A stretch of 52,888 nucleotides of DNA from Hyphochytrium catenoides (Eukaryota > Protista > Hyphochytriomycota). The notes under the pieces were generated by a model. It did not search any database. It saw only the letters and a list, made by a program, of their open reading frames with translations, and was not told where the DNA came from. Below, piece by piece: positions 25,531-38,674 of this stretch; the first letter of the stretch is position 1; the number at the start of each line of letters is the position of its first letter. The translations under genes and the position numbers were made by a program. The stretch is taken from positions 1 through 52,888 of the forward strand of contig FLMG01000388.1 of the NCBI GenBank assembly GCA_900088475.1, given 5' to 3'.

Positions 25531-26670
25531 CTACTCGAGAAGGAGATTGACAGGAGCAGGGGATCCAGCGTGTGCGACAGAGGCAGCCGCTGCGAGAGAG
25601 CGAGCAGCCCTTCTCTTTATCTGATAGTGCTGACCAAACAGTGCCCCCACGACACTCATGGGCACCAAGATACTTAGAGCAGAACCGGAAAGTGAGGAAG
25701 AGAGAGAAAAGTCCTCCCTTTCCCTCTCTGCTCGCAGGACAAGGAACAGAGATAGACACAGCGTGACCCCAAAAGTCCAGATGGTTGTGTGCGCCAGAGC
25801 TCGCTCTAGCGTAGCTCCTGATGCCTTTCGCAAGAGAAAAGCAAGAAGACCTCCTCCACCCAAGTAAAGCAGGGACGAGACAAGAGCGGAGAAGATGATC
25901 AGTGAGCCTGTGACGAAGAACTTGCGAGAGCCTAGCTCAGGTAGTAGCGGAGAAGCAGGAGGAGGTAGGAAAGGGCCAGAGTTCCCTGCTTCTCCTCTCT
26001 CTCTCAACGGACTCTTCAAGGTCAACGCAGTTCGTTTGGCGCTATCTTTTACATCACAGTCTTTTCCCCTAACGTAGCGTGCTTGCATGGTGTTCCCATT
26101 AGAAGAAGCCGTAGAAGGGAAAGAAGACGTTGTAGCGACAGATAGAGAGGGCGGGAGGTCATGTCTCTCTTCCCAGTCGGCTTCATCGATCAGAAGGTCG
26201 TCCAAACTGGTCAGAATCCGAGTGATATCTGCGGCAGCGGCATGGCGTGTAGCCATCTTTCTTCTTCTCTCTGCTGCATGCGACCGGTACGCGACAAAGC
26301 CAGCGAGGAGAGAGAGAACGAACGGGAAGAGAGAAGAGAGAAAGGACAGAGTCTGCTGGTAAGGGATGGATGTGACCGGAGAGGGCAGAAGCGCGCAGAT
26401 CACGCAGATAACAGAGAGAGAGAAGGGAAGAAAGACCAGAAGAAAGCGTAGGTCTACTGCACCACCTCTGATAAAGAAAGAGAAAGAGAGAGAAAGAGAG
26501 GTAAGGGCATCGGTCACTGCGGCTATTAAGAGAGCGCTGTGTAGCTCACAGGAGAGAGAGAGGTGCAGCACAGGGACAAGGAAGTACCAAGAGGAGAGAC
26601 AGAAAAGAGCCTGGAAGTGTCCGACAAGGAGCCCAATGGGACTGAGCAGGAGTAGAAGAGGAAAAGCCAT
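25531..26670 (-). CDS. Multi-pass membrane protein, possibly a divergent TauE/SafE (sulfite exporter) family member, intronless
   Basis: First in-frame ATG at 26670 (379 aa). Two hydrophobic halves are separated by a hydrophilic loop of about 100 aa. IGLLVG...FLVPVL and SSLLYLGGGGLL...LERALAHT resemble the two TauE repeats. The ORF is likely real; the family call is tentative. Confidence 0.5.
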   Translation of the reverse strand: MAFPLLLLLSPIGLLVGHFQALFCLSSWYFLVPVLHLSLSCELHSALLIAAVTDALTSLSLSFSFFIRGGAVDLRFLLVFLPFSLSVICVICALLPSPVTSIPYQQTLSFLSSLFPFVLSLLAGFVAYRSHAAERRRKMATRHAAAADITRILTSLDDLLIDEADWEERHDLPPSLSVATTSSFPSTASSNGNTMQARYVRGKDCDVKDSAKRTALTLKSPLRERGEAGNSGPFLPPPASPLLPELGSRKFFVTGSLIIFSALVSSLLYLGGGGLLAFLLRKASGATLERALAHTTIWTFGVTLCLSLFLVLRAEREREDFSLSSSLSGSALSILVPMSVVGALFGQHYQIKRRAARSLAAAASVAHAGSPAPVNLLLE

Positions 26671-27059
26671 CGGCGGCCTAGGGAGGGAAGAGATTGTTGT
26701 CTTTCTCTTCTTCCTGCGTTCCTCGGCGGGATCTCTCTTCTCTCTCTTAGCTGTCTCTTCTCTCCAAAGGCGGCATCTCTGCAGCGGTCTTCCGGTCTGT
26801 TCTCTCGCTTTTTTTTCTATGACAAAGCTGCAAAATGCTGAAAAATGTGGCGGCCTCTGCGGTCCTTCGGGGTTACTGGCGGCCAACTTGCCATGCAACT
26901 CTGCATTAAACGTTTCTCGCTCTTGACCTCGTCACTTCTCTCTCTCTCCCGTCTTCACGTGGCACTCCCTCTCTCTCTCTCTCTCTCTCTCTCNNNNNNN
27001 NNNNNNNNNNNNNNNNNNNNNNNNNNNNNNNNNNNNNNNNNNCTCTCCCTCCCCCTCTC

Positions 27060-27091
<32 letters not shown>

Positions 27092-27287
27092 ATCGCTCAC
27101 CACTCGCCGTTCCTGAAGGTATTCCATTATCCCTAAGTACGTAGATTGAAAGGAAACAGAAAAACTCAAACGTGCTCCGCTGTAGCGTAACGGCCCATAT
27201 TTCTCAATTCAAGTCAGAACTGGGAGGACGAGAAACGCTGAGAGAGATGGAAAGCAGAAGAAGGAGAGAGAAAGAGGAGAGACCTGC

Positions 27288-27322
27288 TTAGGGTTAGGGT
27301 TAGGGTTAGGGTTAGGGTTAGG
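27288..27322 (+). repeat. Interstitial telomeric repeat (TTAGGG)5 + TTAGG
   Basis: Perfect tandem TTAGGG copies read directly from the sequence. Confidence 0.95.
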
Positions 27323-27728
27323 ACAGAGAGAGAGAGAGAGAGAGAGGGGGNNNNNNNNNNNNNNNNNNNNNNNNNAGAGAGAGAGAGAGAGAGAGAGAGA
27401 AAAAGAGAGAGAGAGAAAGAGAGCAAAGGATAGAAAGAGAGAGGGAGACGGAGGAGGACCAGCGAAGAGACGGAAGAAGAAGAAAACCAGAGAGCGAGCG
27501 CAGAGCGAGCGCTAGAAAGAGAACTAAATGTTTGGCCTACACCTGTGGCAAGGCCGGGAGAAGGCTCATGTCCTAGATCAAAGACACAAGCAACGGCTGG
27601 GACGCCTTCCTTCTCTCGCCCCCATGATAGTCTTTTTATGACCATCGATAAACTCAATGCCTCTCCGTCCTGAGCCAGAGTTATGGATAGAGGAAGCCTC
27701 TCCGAACCTCCACACTTTGCTTATCCAG

Positions 27729-27760
<32 letters not shown>

Positions 27761-27863
27761 AGCTCTCTCTCTAGCTCACTTTGGGATCACACTCTCCTTT
27801 CTCTTTGCTTTCTCTCCGTCTTTTGCCTTTTCAATCCGATGTTAGACTGTAGTTAGAGTTCCA

Positions 27864-30800
27864 TTATGATGTTAAATTGAAAAGGTAGTTCTTCTCTGCA
27901 CATTTGCACCCACAGCCTGTGGGGCAATAGACCTGGAGAGGGAGGACACACAGAGAGAGAAAGAGAGAGCAAGAGAGAGAGAAAGAGAACACGGATCGGG
28001 AGAGACGGAGTTCATGGTCAGAAGGAGACTGGATGGGTGAAGGAACGATTTCTCTTTCCAGATCCATAGAGAACGTTTCACCTCCACCTGCCAATTAGAG
28101 TTCCTTCTTTGCCCTCTTACGTTTGTTGTTTCCCTCTCTCTCCTCTCTTTCTCTCCTCTAGCCTCTCGCTCCCTCTCTATCTATCTCGCTCGCTCTTCCG
28201 CTCTTTCTCTCCCTCGCTCTTTCTCGTCCTCCATCCCTCGCTTCCTCCGTTCTCCCACCATCTCCATTCGTCGCACTGTCACTGGCATTTCTTGAACTTC
28301 TGATCTCCGCTTCGTCTCCCCTTTCTCGTTCTTCTGTATCTCTCACTCCTTTCCTCTTCTTCTGCCCTTGCACATTGTCTCTCCTACTGTTTCCTCGCGC
28401 CACTTGCCTGCTCTGCGAACCAGTCCTGCCAATGCTGTGAGTGTCCTCCGTGTCCGCAATAGTTACAATGGGAGACTTGACCTCTCACCGCCAGCTGGCA
28501 AACAGCGCAGCTGAAGGCAAACTTACGACAGCGCGAGCACCAGAGAGAAGACACCGGCTGGCAGTAGGTCAGCCGCCATCAGAATGATGGAGAATCCCCA
28601 AGACGAGAAGAAGAAGAACCCAAGGTAGAGAGAAGAGTGTAAGAGACAGAGAGAGGGAGAGAGAGAGAGAGATCGAAGAGAGATGTGAAGATGAGTACAA
28701 GTTAGAAAATCAAGAAAGGGGTGTAGACAGCAGGACAGCAATGGGAGACAAGAGTAGCCAAAGATGTTCTTCCCTCCGGAGAGACCACAAGCACCGCTGC
28801 CTAGAAGATGGAGTCCATACGGACGAGAGAGTAACACGCTGATGGAGAAAGGCAGTAGAAAGGTAAGACTTACTCTCCTGCATGTCTCACACTTGACTGC
28901 TATTGAGAGGCCCTGCTCCTCTTCTGGTGGATAGCTGAGAGTCTTGAGCACCTCACAACGCTCTTCTAGAGCGCCCCAGCGGTAGAGGAGCTCAGCATAG
29001 ACATGCTTATATCTGGTAAAAAAGGGAGGAGGTTGTCGTTACCACTTCAGAGGTAAGGGAAGCTCTTCTCCTAGGCTTGTCAACTACAGTTCTCTCTCTC
29101 GCTCTCTTTCACACACACAGACACCTCTTCCATCTCTCATTCTCTCTCTCTCACTGTCACACCGTCATTTTCTCTCCCTGCCTCTCTTTCTCTCTCTCTA
29201 GTCTTTTTCCCTTCCCTTGTTCTGTGCACTAAAGGCCCACGGATAACTTTCTAAAACACGTAGCAACATTCATTTTCTCTCTACCTCTCTTTCTCTCCTT
29301 GCCTTTGCAATTGAGACGTAATGGGACCTCTTTTCAAACGCATAGTACTTCTCATACCTCTCTCTCTCTCTCTCACTCGTTCTCTCTCTTTAATTCTTTC
29401 GACCCTTCTCAGGCTCGACCTTTGACTATGTCTCTCTCGAGTTGTCCCTACCTGTCGTAATGCTGTGCAGCTTTCTTAGAGGGATCCATGAGAGAAAACT
29501 CGGATGGAGGTGGAAAGTCAGAGGCCGCCCCAGGCTTGGGATAGCTCCCAGTGCCTTGACGTAAGGAGTGTTAGATGGAGAGAGGAGAAGGCTTAGAAGG
29601 ACCTGCTGGCTGAGGAGAAAGACGAGAGAGGGAAGTAGAGTGGGAAGGGTGGACCAAAGACAACCACTTGCCGCACCAAAGGCAGAGGAGCTGCAAAGGC
29701 ATACCTTCTCTCTGCTTGTCTCTTGTACGAGATGGATCCTTCTTTGTCTCCTTGCTCGCTAGTCCTTGCAAGGACCACTTCCTATGGCGGAGCATTCTTT
29801 AATTGGCGCCTTTTCATATGAGAAAAAGCTCTCCTCATTCTCCCGGGTACTCCGTCCTCTTGCGTCCTCTCTCTCTCTTTTCTTGCCCTATCCTTGCCTC
29901 CTCTCCAGACGAAGAGGCATTATAACTCCATAACATGGTCCTGTTCCCTCATTTCTTCCGCCCATAGCTGCCTAGGATGGCCCTCGCCGTAAAAGACTCT
30001 CTGTAGTACTTTGGCATTACCTAGAAGTATCCTTCTGTCCAGCGCCATCGCTGTCTTTTGCCTTCAAGCTGAGAGAGCCTACAAGGCCCATAGATCGTTC
30101 GGAGAGCCACCCGGGGAGAGACGATGAGCTTCCCACGTCTTCACTTCGAGTCCGAGACAGCGGTTCTGTTCTTCGATTGTCAGGAATGCTTCTCTGGGTA
30201 ATAGATGACAAAGAACGTGGAGGAGAAAGAGATGTACGAGAGGAGGGCAAACTCCTCTTCTTATCGGAAGAGAGGACGGAAGTGATAGTAGCGAGAGATT
30301 GAATGTCTCCCAACCGCTCGAAATGCTTGATGGAAGAGAGAGATGCAACAGCGGAGTACAACGGAGAGCAACAAAGGCAAGAGAGTAAGCTCTAGATCAG
30401 GCAGCCAAAAGGGAGAAGAGAGAACACGGGGCTACAGTCCCAGCAAAAGAAGGAAGAAAAGGGGAGAGATTGAAGAAGCAGCGGGCAGTGGCAGGCGACG
30501 GTGAAAGCTGGAGGAACCAATTAATCCTAGGAAGAGACTTCCGGAAGTTCTGAGGTACTTGGGGCTTCTTTTCATTGCAGTGGCTGCCTCTGCTTGCCGC
30601 CTGGTCTCTTACCTTCAATATTCTCTGTAACAGCTTCCTGCCAAAAGGATGAGCGCTCCAAGGGCTAAAGCGCCGTGGTGTGGCCACAGCCTGATCCGAA
30701 GTGACCGCCAACAAGGTCCACACCTAGCAACGCGCCATATAAGATGCATCACAGCCATAAGCGGGCGAGGAGGAACACGAAGTCGATCTTTCATGCAAGA

Positions 30801-33800
30801 AGGATTGTACTGTTGCGTGGGGTGACATCGTAGCAAGCTAAAGGGCAGGGGCTGAGGCCTGTAGAGCAGCAGGACGAGAAGGTAGCGCGGGAGATACGGA
30901 GAGAGGTATCTCTCTATAATCTACCTGCACTAGGTCTAATCTGCCATAGTATCGAGCGACTTCTGCATTCCTGCGGCAAATATCGGAGACACTCGCCTCT
31001 TCGCTCTCAGCTGACAGCGGGAAAGGAAAGGGCCGCAGACAAATGGCAGGTCAGGGCTGGCAAGAAGGCGGGAAAGAACAGACTTTTTAGCACTCTCTCC
31101 GTCGGTTCGTACCGGCTGCTTCTATTTCTCTCCTCTTCTCTTGGCCTTCAGAGGCGCGGAGGGCAATGACTGGAGGTGGAAGGTAAAGCTCCTCGAGTCC
31201 ACTCGCTCTCTTTTCTAGAAACTTGACGTCTTCGTGTCCAGACAGAGACAGAGAGAGAGATAATAGAGTTATCGACAAGCAAGAAAGTGAGAGCCTAGCT
31301 TGCTCAGGGGGATGACTCTGTAGTGCAAGAGTGCAGGGAGACGATGAACTTGGCGAGAAAATGAACGGAAAGCACTTTGGTTGTCTTGAGAGTGCTGAAA
31401 GGAATCTCAGAGTTTGGAGAGAAAGAAAACGGATGACAAGACCGAAAAACAGAGTGAGTGAAGTCCACCTTAGGAGCGAGCGAGAAGAGAGAGAGATAGT
31501 CCAAATGTAAAGCCCTCGTTTCTTGACTTACCTTGAAGATAAGACGGAGAACGGAATATCTTCTAGAGGAGATCAGATCGGACACCCGTACCAGCAGCAT
31601 GGAAACAGGAGACAAAGCATCAGAGAGGATGAGGGGAAGAGAGAGAAAGGGACAGAAAGTTCTAAACAAGCACTAGGCTTGCGGAGTATAAACAAATCCT
31701 GAGCCCAGAACAAGGGAACATACGTCTGGTGTCTTCCTTGATCTCTCTCCTCTAACAAGAACAGTAGCTTCGTCTCCGGTCAGCGGCAAAGCATAAGGGG
31801 TGGAGGGTGTCACTGGCCTTCGGACGGACAGAGGACCTAGGGAGTACGCTTGGAAAAAGGGAGAGGCAACGGAGAGGAGAGATAAGCAGACCACGAAAGG
31901 TGATGCAAAGCGGAACAACTACAATTTAGGAAGAGAAGAGTTGGCACCACTTAGAAAGAGAAGCTACACTAGGAGGTGTCTCTCTACTTTTGCCTCTTTC
32001 TCACTCCTCTCTCTCTCTCTCTCTCTTTCTGTTCTCTCTGTTCTCTCTCTCTCTCTCACTCTTCTCTTTGTCCCTCCTCTCTCTCTTTCTCTGTCTTTCC
32101 CCCTTATCTGTCCTCCACTATAACTTTCTCTCCTTGTGCACAGGCCCGGACGCACCAAAAGCTAGTGCAGGGAATGCACTTGTAAGAGGTGACGTATCGA
32201 AGAGACATATTCTGGAGGGATAGCCCCTGCCGTCCCGACCATCGTCACCTCCAAACGGGGTAGGAAGATGGTCCATCATAGCGTTCATCTATATATACCA
32301 GAAAAGAGGGAATCAGTTAGCAGGAAGAGGAGCTTCCTTCTCTCTGTGCTTCGGAAAATGCCTTCAAAAGGGCTGATAATCGTTGCGCTTGATAACAAGG
32401 AAGAAGACAAAAAGCCGAATACCTCTGGGGACGAGAAGATGCGGAGGAAACTGGATCCTCCGTGGACTGCAATGTCGTCTGAAGGAGAGGTGGCGGAAGG
32501 GAGAGGGTGCCCCAGAGCCTTATCGATATCATCCGCCACCCCGCTCGTCAAGGGGAGAGACAGTGAGAGATCATTGATGTTTCCACCGCCTCCTAAAAGG
32601 TTGCATTATATAAGATGGCGCCAAGTAGATGAAAACATACGGTCGAGCTATTCCTTGGAGTTAATAGCAGTGATTCACCCAGACGACTCGGGAGAAGACG
32701 ACAACTTTTTGATGGGAAAGAGAGGGCGATGCCCGGGACAGAATTAAGAAGCAATGGCTTAGCCTGCTTACCTTGCCCATCAGTTGAGTGGGAGGCGGTG
32801 TCTGTCGCTCTGCATATTCAATGGGAGAGAAGCAGAGAAAGGGATCAGGGTAAGGGCCAATTAGGGTAGCAAGGTAGCGGGGCCAGAGGCTCCAAGCCTA
32901 GGTTGCGGGCTTACACATTCCCCTTCTTTGGTCTCATCTACCTTAGCTTCCTTAGCCTTTGGAGCAGAAGCTCCAATCCTGAAAGTGTTCGGGGAAGCTT
33001 CATTCCCCCTGAACCTTCTTCCCCTCGTCTGGCCGCTCCTAGGCCTAATGTCGCTAGAGAATCAAACACAATGAGAAAGTTGGGACCGCCAAAAGAGGCT
33101 CCAAAGAGGCGAGGGCAGGGGATGCCATCGCTCTTTGAGTTAAAAGAGCCTTCTCCTTCGTATGGGGCATTTCTGGAGTCTGGACAGAAGTATTAAGGAA
33201 AGATGTCCAGTAAGAGAGAAGACAATGTGAGAATGAAAAACTAAAACATCTACGATGCGGACGAGACTTTCTGTCTTCCTTTACTCTCGTTTTTCTCTCT
33301 CTCACTGCCTACGGTCATGTACAGCTTTCCCAGTCATTGCCTTCAGTAGTGCCAAGCTTCATATCTACGTGGCCACTCTTTCTCTGGCCCAATAACTCTT
33401 TCGCCCTGGCAGCATATCCTGCTTTCTCTTATCACATTCTGGACAAACACCAACAGAAGAGAAGACGGCGTACCCCAGACTGAGCTTCCTCTTCCTCTGA
33501 CAGGAAGGTTCTCTAAGTCGAGCGATAGATCTTCAATGTTGAGGGTAGATTCTGCTCTGCCTCTTCCCTTTCCTCCAGACGCTTCCCAATGCTCTCTGAG
33601 CACTGGCTCCAGCTGCTCTGACAGAAACCCGAGGCACCCAAGGAGACAGTTCTTATTGTAGAGCGCGTACTTATCCGCCAATGACTGTAGCTGGCCTATA
33701 CATGGCAGGTACGGCAAGATCAGGTCAAAGATGGAGTAAGAAGGGGAATGGCAGGGCATAGTGACACTCTCTCTCCAAGTAACGGGTTGCAGGATCTCAT

Positions 33801-36800
33801 CGCGTTTCTCCTCCCGGTAGGGCACGCTCTCTCTTCTTCTTCTGTTCCTTCCACCCGTCTCTCGTCCTTCTCGCCAACCTTCTCTCTTAAGCTAGATTCA
33901 TGGAGCAGCCTCTCGAAGTCACCTGATATAGTCATGATTGGCTCCTCAGAAATAGTGTCACTAACACTCTTGATAGTGAAAGAAGGGCCGACTCCAAAGG
34001 GATACAACCAGGGGAAGTGCACCTCAAAGCACACCGAGGCCAAGATCCTATCTGCTTCCTCATTTCTTGGCATCTCCTCTCCCTCATTGTCAAGATCCTC
34101 TTCCTCTTCTACTTCGCTTTTCCTTGAGGTAGTCGTTAAAGTCCTGTCCAGCTCCTTCTTAATCTCCAGTTCGAGCACTCTCTCTTTGAAGTCTACACGC
34201 TTCAACTGGAGGCATGGCCATTCCTGCTTTTCTATCATTTCTTGGACAAGACGGATCTCTTGGGAGAGAGACAGAGGATCTTGCTGCCATGTTTTCTCTC
34301 TCTCTCCTCTTTCCCTCGGACTTCCCTCTTCTCCAGGTTCAATACGGCTCATTATGCCATGGAATCCGCTCTCCTGAAGTACTTAAGGGAGCAAGGGGAA
34401 TACAACTTAGCACTATAATTTGATCCGCAGATACAAGAAAGTCGTAGGTCCAAGAAATGGAAATGGAGTCCGGACACAGGCGTGACATAAGAAAGGCAGA
34501 GAAGCTGGTAAGGGGAATAACAACCTACGGGATGCTGTTGCAGAGCTTAAGTGAGAGACGTACATTCCATATCAAAATTGCTGAGCGGCATAGCTTCGCA
34601 AGAGTATTCCAGGGGCTCAAAGTCCTTCTTCAGCTGATCAATGTCATAGGAAAGAGCAGCTGAGGGAGAGGTTACTGTCGAAGATGACGGTTCTCTCTTT
34701 CGCACTGGCGCCAGGATCCCTGCGCTTTGGTCTTCCTGCAAGACATTAGAGGTAACATAAGCCGCTTTTGAAGTGAGATGGCGGAAGAGACGAGCACAGC
34801 GCGGCAGAAGAGAAGGACTCTCCGGAACAATTATATCTCCTCCATTCCTTTCTCTTCCACCGTTGTATTCACTCCCTTCCGTCCATGGCCACCAACAGTC
34901 TATTGCAGAACTCAGATTAGAAATCTTACCACAGCGTCCAAGCGCCACATCCTCAGCTTATAGTTGGCACTCCATGACACCAGGGCTGAGGGAGAAGACG
35001 ACGGAGAAGAGACAGTTCCTGACATTCCTTCTCCAATGGCTCTCCAGTCAAAGTCCAAAACAGGCTCCTTCTGCCCTGGTACTAGTATTGGCGAGGCGAG
35101 AGAGACGCTCTCGTCCGAGGGTGAAAATAGAACAGGCCGAAGTGCAAAACGCGGAGAACGCTTCGCAGCGGGTCAGAATGTATAGAGGCCAAGCAATCGT
35201 GTGACGATCCTTAAGGGGTCATCAACCAGATTGTAGCATACGTCGAAGGGACAAAGGAGGGAATGCACCGCAAGAAGGATTCTATAGAGTTCTTAGTTTG
35301 GGAGTAGAAGCCTGGAAAAGGCCCCAACCACGAGAGTGCCAAAGCATTAGTCATCTCCTCAACTAAGGACATCGCACGGCACTATGGGAAAGGCCACTAG
35401 CAGAATATCGGACGTATCAGCTTGACTAGAGGGAGAGGTAGACTATGAAGCAAGCCAAAAGAGTCAAGAACAAAGAGACAAACTAGAGGAGGACGAGGGA
35501 TAATAGAGTTACCTGGGAGACAGTGATTAGTGAGTCGCCACTGGGAGAGTATTTCACTCTGTCAACCCCTTCCGGGCTCGACGCCTTGAGAACGGCAGCG
35601 ATGTCCTTCGCTTCTTCCCCCTTAATGTGCCACACTTGAAGTCCTCCTCCTCCTTCTCCTGCACTGGAGCTGGTTACCAGCTCATACCAGCGGAGAGGAT
35701 TCCAGTCAAGCCCTGAGCAGAAGATGGTTAACAGTCTGGCAGCTATGAGTCTCAGACAAAGACGGCACAAACGGGCAGAGAAGAGAAAGACGGCGAGGGA
35801 GAGAGCATTATGACGAAGAGTAACGCTAAATTGGCTGTGATAAGGAACTTGAAGGGAGAGAATGGGACCTTGAAGCTAGAAGAGAGACAACAAAGCGGAC
35901 GAGGGAGCGTCAGAGACAGACAAGCGTGCCTTAGGATTATGATTGAAGTACCGAGAGAGTGAGCTAGGAAAGGGACAAGAGAGAGGAGAAAGACAAGAAA
36001 GAGAAGAGAGGGATAGGACTCTTATAGAACCCTGATACCAGTTAATGCCCTCTTATGCGCAGGAAACTCTATGAGGGGAGAGCTACCCGGATACCTCGTA
36101 TCCCAGAGTTGGACCAGTCCGTTCTCTGAACCTGTGGAGAGAATCGGACGACCTGACCGATTCCATGCAAGCTAATCGGAGACGCGAGAGCTCCAGTGAG
36201 ACACTTGACAAAGAAAGACAGCCAAAGGAGCAAAACAAGAGAAACATCTGGTAACTCCCCAACGAACATTGTAAGGCATCAAGACAAGAGAGAACGTTCA
36301 CTCCCGAGGAGGACTTCATGGTCAATCTTACTATCTCAGTCAATTCTGTCTCTTGTCCTGCTCATTGGTAGTGCCAACGTCACCGTTTCTAACAGCATTT
36401 ATTTTTTGTTCAGTGCTCTCTCTCTCTCTCCTCTGGTCACCTTTGTCAGATGGGCACTGCCATGGCCCGGCAGCTGTTGGGTAGGCTTCGATGGCGCTCG
36501 AAGGTCCCAGAGGTAAGCCATTGAGTCCACAGAGCAGGAGGCGAGAACATCAGCAGCGGAAGGTGACCAATCTGCATCAGTCACACTCCTAGAGAGACAA
36601 GCAGTTAGAAGATCGAAGCAGAGTTAGGGAGAGACAAAGCAAAGTCTTTGAGTTCCGCTAATAGAGAAAGAGAAGCTTGAGCAGCAAGACGTACGTTCAA
36701 GGAGAAGGCTCAGTCCAAATGGACAGAAAGGTAACAAGCGCCAAGAACCCGCCCCCAATAGCAAAGCCATGTCCGAGAAGAAGGCCTCTCTTTCTTTCTC

Positions 36801-37253
36801 TCTCTCTCTCCTGTCGGTCCTTTCTCCCCCTCCTTCCCACCCCTTTTTCCTCCTCCACGCTCTTATCGTTTACACCGTCTACAGCCCAGTCACCTACTTC
36901 TTGTGCGCTCTCAGCGTTGCAATAAGGGGCCTTCTACGTGCCAGCTGGCTAATGTCCCAAATGAGCGTGTTATGATGCGAGGTAGAAAGCAGCCGATTGC
37001 CATGCAAAGGGCTGGGATTCCAGCGTACTACGCCCACTTCGTACTTACTCTCATGGTTAATCCTCCATAGCGGGACGTGAGGAGAGTCAAGAGAGAGAAT
37101 AGTGATTCCTCTTCTCTCTCCTAAAGCTGCCAAGCGGCCAGTGCAGTCTATCCCCAGGCACGTGGCAGGCAGCTGGAGCTTCATCCGGAAATTCTTCTCT
37201 CCAAAGGACAGAAAGGAGACAGAAGCAGATGCCTGAGGCGTTGGAGGTTCCAT
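27864..37253 (-). CDS. WDR59: WDR59/Sea3 (GATOR2/SEACAT subunit): WD40 repeats, RWD domain, C-terminal zinc/RING domain; many exons
   Basis: WD40 exons (VVRWNP, DADWSP..LASCSVD...LWDLR, VLDFDWR..LVSWSANYKLRMW); RWD-like FEVHFPWLYP...PSF; IPCPRLFGASFGG; C..NA..A...GRLDLVQVW; WSAHPFGRKL; GDIQSLA; YAELLYRWG; CAVCQLAVRG...CNYCGHGGH...W and CPTGCGCKC. Not every internal exon boundary was resolved. Confidence 0.93.
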
Positions 37254-38083
37254 CTTGCTCCTTCCTCTCCCTCGCCTGTCTTTCAAACAGCAATACCTTA
37301 TTGCACCTCTATGATAACCCCCTAAGAAATTGGGCGGGGCGCCTGCCGTCTCAGTGGCTCCATCTCCTCTTGTCTAGTGCTTGACCTCCTCCCTGGTCCT
37401 TAGGAATGCAAGAGATGACTCTACACCCCTTAAGCGTGTAGGCCTATGCGCTCAAGTGCAAAGCCATCCTCACTACGTTCGGGGGTCCGCTCATGGTCAC
37501 GCGGAAGAAGGTGTATGTATGTCTATTCGGTCCGATGGCAGGAATGCTATCGCCGCCAGTCTTCCTTCGCACACACCAGCTTGTGTCTACACTCTATTGC
37601 CTGATGTACCGAGTCCGTTTGAACAAGCAGCTCATCAGCCTCACTCAGCCGGTCGGCTCCTGGTAAGAGTGAGCGAAGAATGGTCAGGGATCGTGTCTCT
37701 GTCCTTGCGGACTGCGGTTCGGGCCGATGAAAGAGTTTTCTGCAGATTCATCAGAAGAGGGAAAACGAAAGATTGCAAAGAGAGCCGTTACTGGCTAGCA
37801 TAGTCCATCTTGAACCTATTATCTTCGCAATTTGTACTCCATTCATTTATTATTTATATAGCTTATCATAGGCTTTGTGTGTAAATGTTATACCTATATC
37901 TAAGCCTCTCTTGGGCTCCTAATATTGTCGCAATCTCTATGTAGATGATGAAGGAAGTGTCATGATGCAGACGCTGAACCTTTGAACGCCATCGGCGAAC
38001 TCTGTCAAGGTAACGACGTCTCCTCCCGGTGCATTATTACCAGGGGACGAGGATAAGATGAAGGCTCAGAACAGCTCTTTGCT

Positions 38084-38674
38084 CTATGGAGCTCCCTCTT
38101 CTTGGGCCATCGCTCGCCCTCTGCGAACGTTCCTGATAGCGAAGCGCAGCATCTTGAGAGAGAGCTTGTCGTTTGTCTTAGGCCCGGTTATGCGGCGTTC
38201 AATTGCTTGCGCAGTTGCCTCGTAAAGAGCTGGGGAGGCAGACAAGCGGCCTTCGCAGAGCATAATAATAACCTTAGTGAAAGATCGTACATGCTAGAAT
38301 CTCTCTAGATCCTCTTTGGTTTCCCCCTTGCTGGGGGCTGTGGCTACCATCATCTCCACCAGGCAGAACGGGCGTAGTCATCCTGCCAGTGCATAACCGA
38401 AAGAAGGTTGCTCTATCACTATACTCCACTTGCTGCTCTCACCACACTAAGCCTCGCCATGGCTCATGGCCGATGCTCTTTTTCGCCTGCGGATGTTCAA
38501 AGAACTCTCAGACTTTACTGCTTGTCGGATTGGCCGAATCTGCCACCAAAGGAATGAGAGTGGAGCGATGTTCCTAATAAGGCTCACGGAAAGCCTTTCC
38601 CAATAGTTGTGAAGCGGCGAAGGAACTGACTCTAGTACCTCCTGACGAACCAACTGAAGGTTTGATGCGCTCAC
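38084..38674 (-). CDS. Candidate 3' part of an unrecognised multi-exon gene (5' end unresolved, probably towards 39.4 kb)
   Basis: Four putative exons (38674-38588, 38486-38443, 38382-38348, 38229-38084) have GT..YAG introns of 101, 60 and 118 nt and matching phases. They read VSASNLQLVRQEVLESVPSPLHNYWERLSAKKSIGHEPWRGLVWMTTPVLPGGDDALYEATAQAIERRITGPKTNDKLSLKMLRFAIRNVRRGRAMAQEEGAP*. No family recognised. Confidence 0.4.

Noticed and set aside
37945-37990. Box C/D-like ATGATGA...CTGA and a 5.8S-like CTTTGAACGC
   Set aside because: The C-to-D spacing is too short, there is no terminal stem, and the rRNA-like match is only about 10 nt.
38490-38540. In-frame TGA (SSKV*EFFEHPQ) suggesting selenocysteine
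   Set aside because: It is more simply explained as lying inside the 38587-38487 intron. I saw no redox motif or SECIS.
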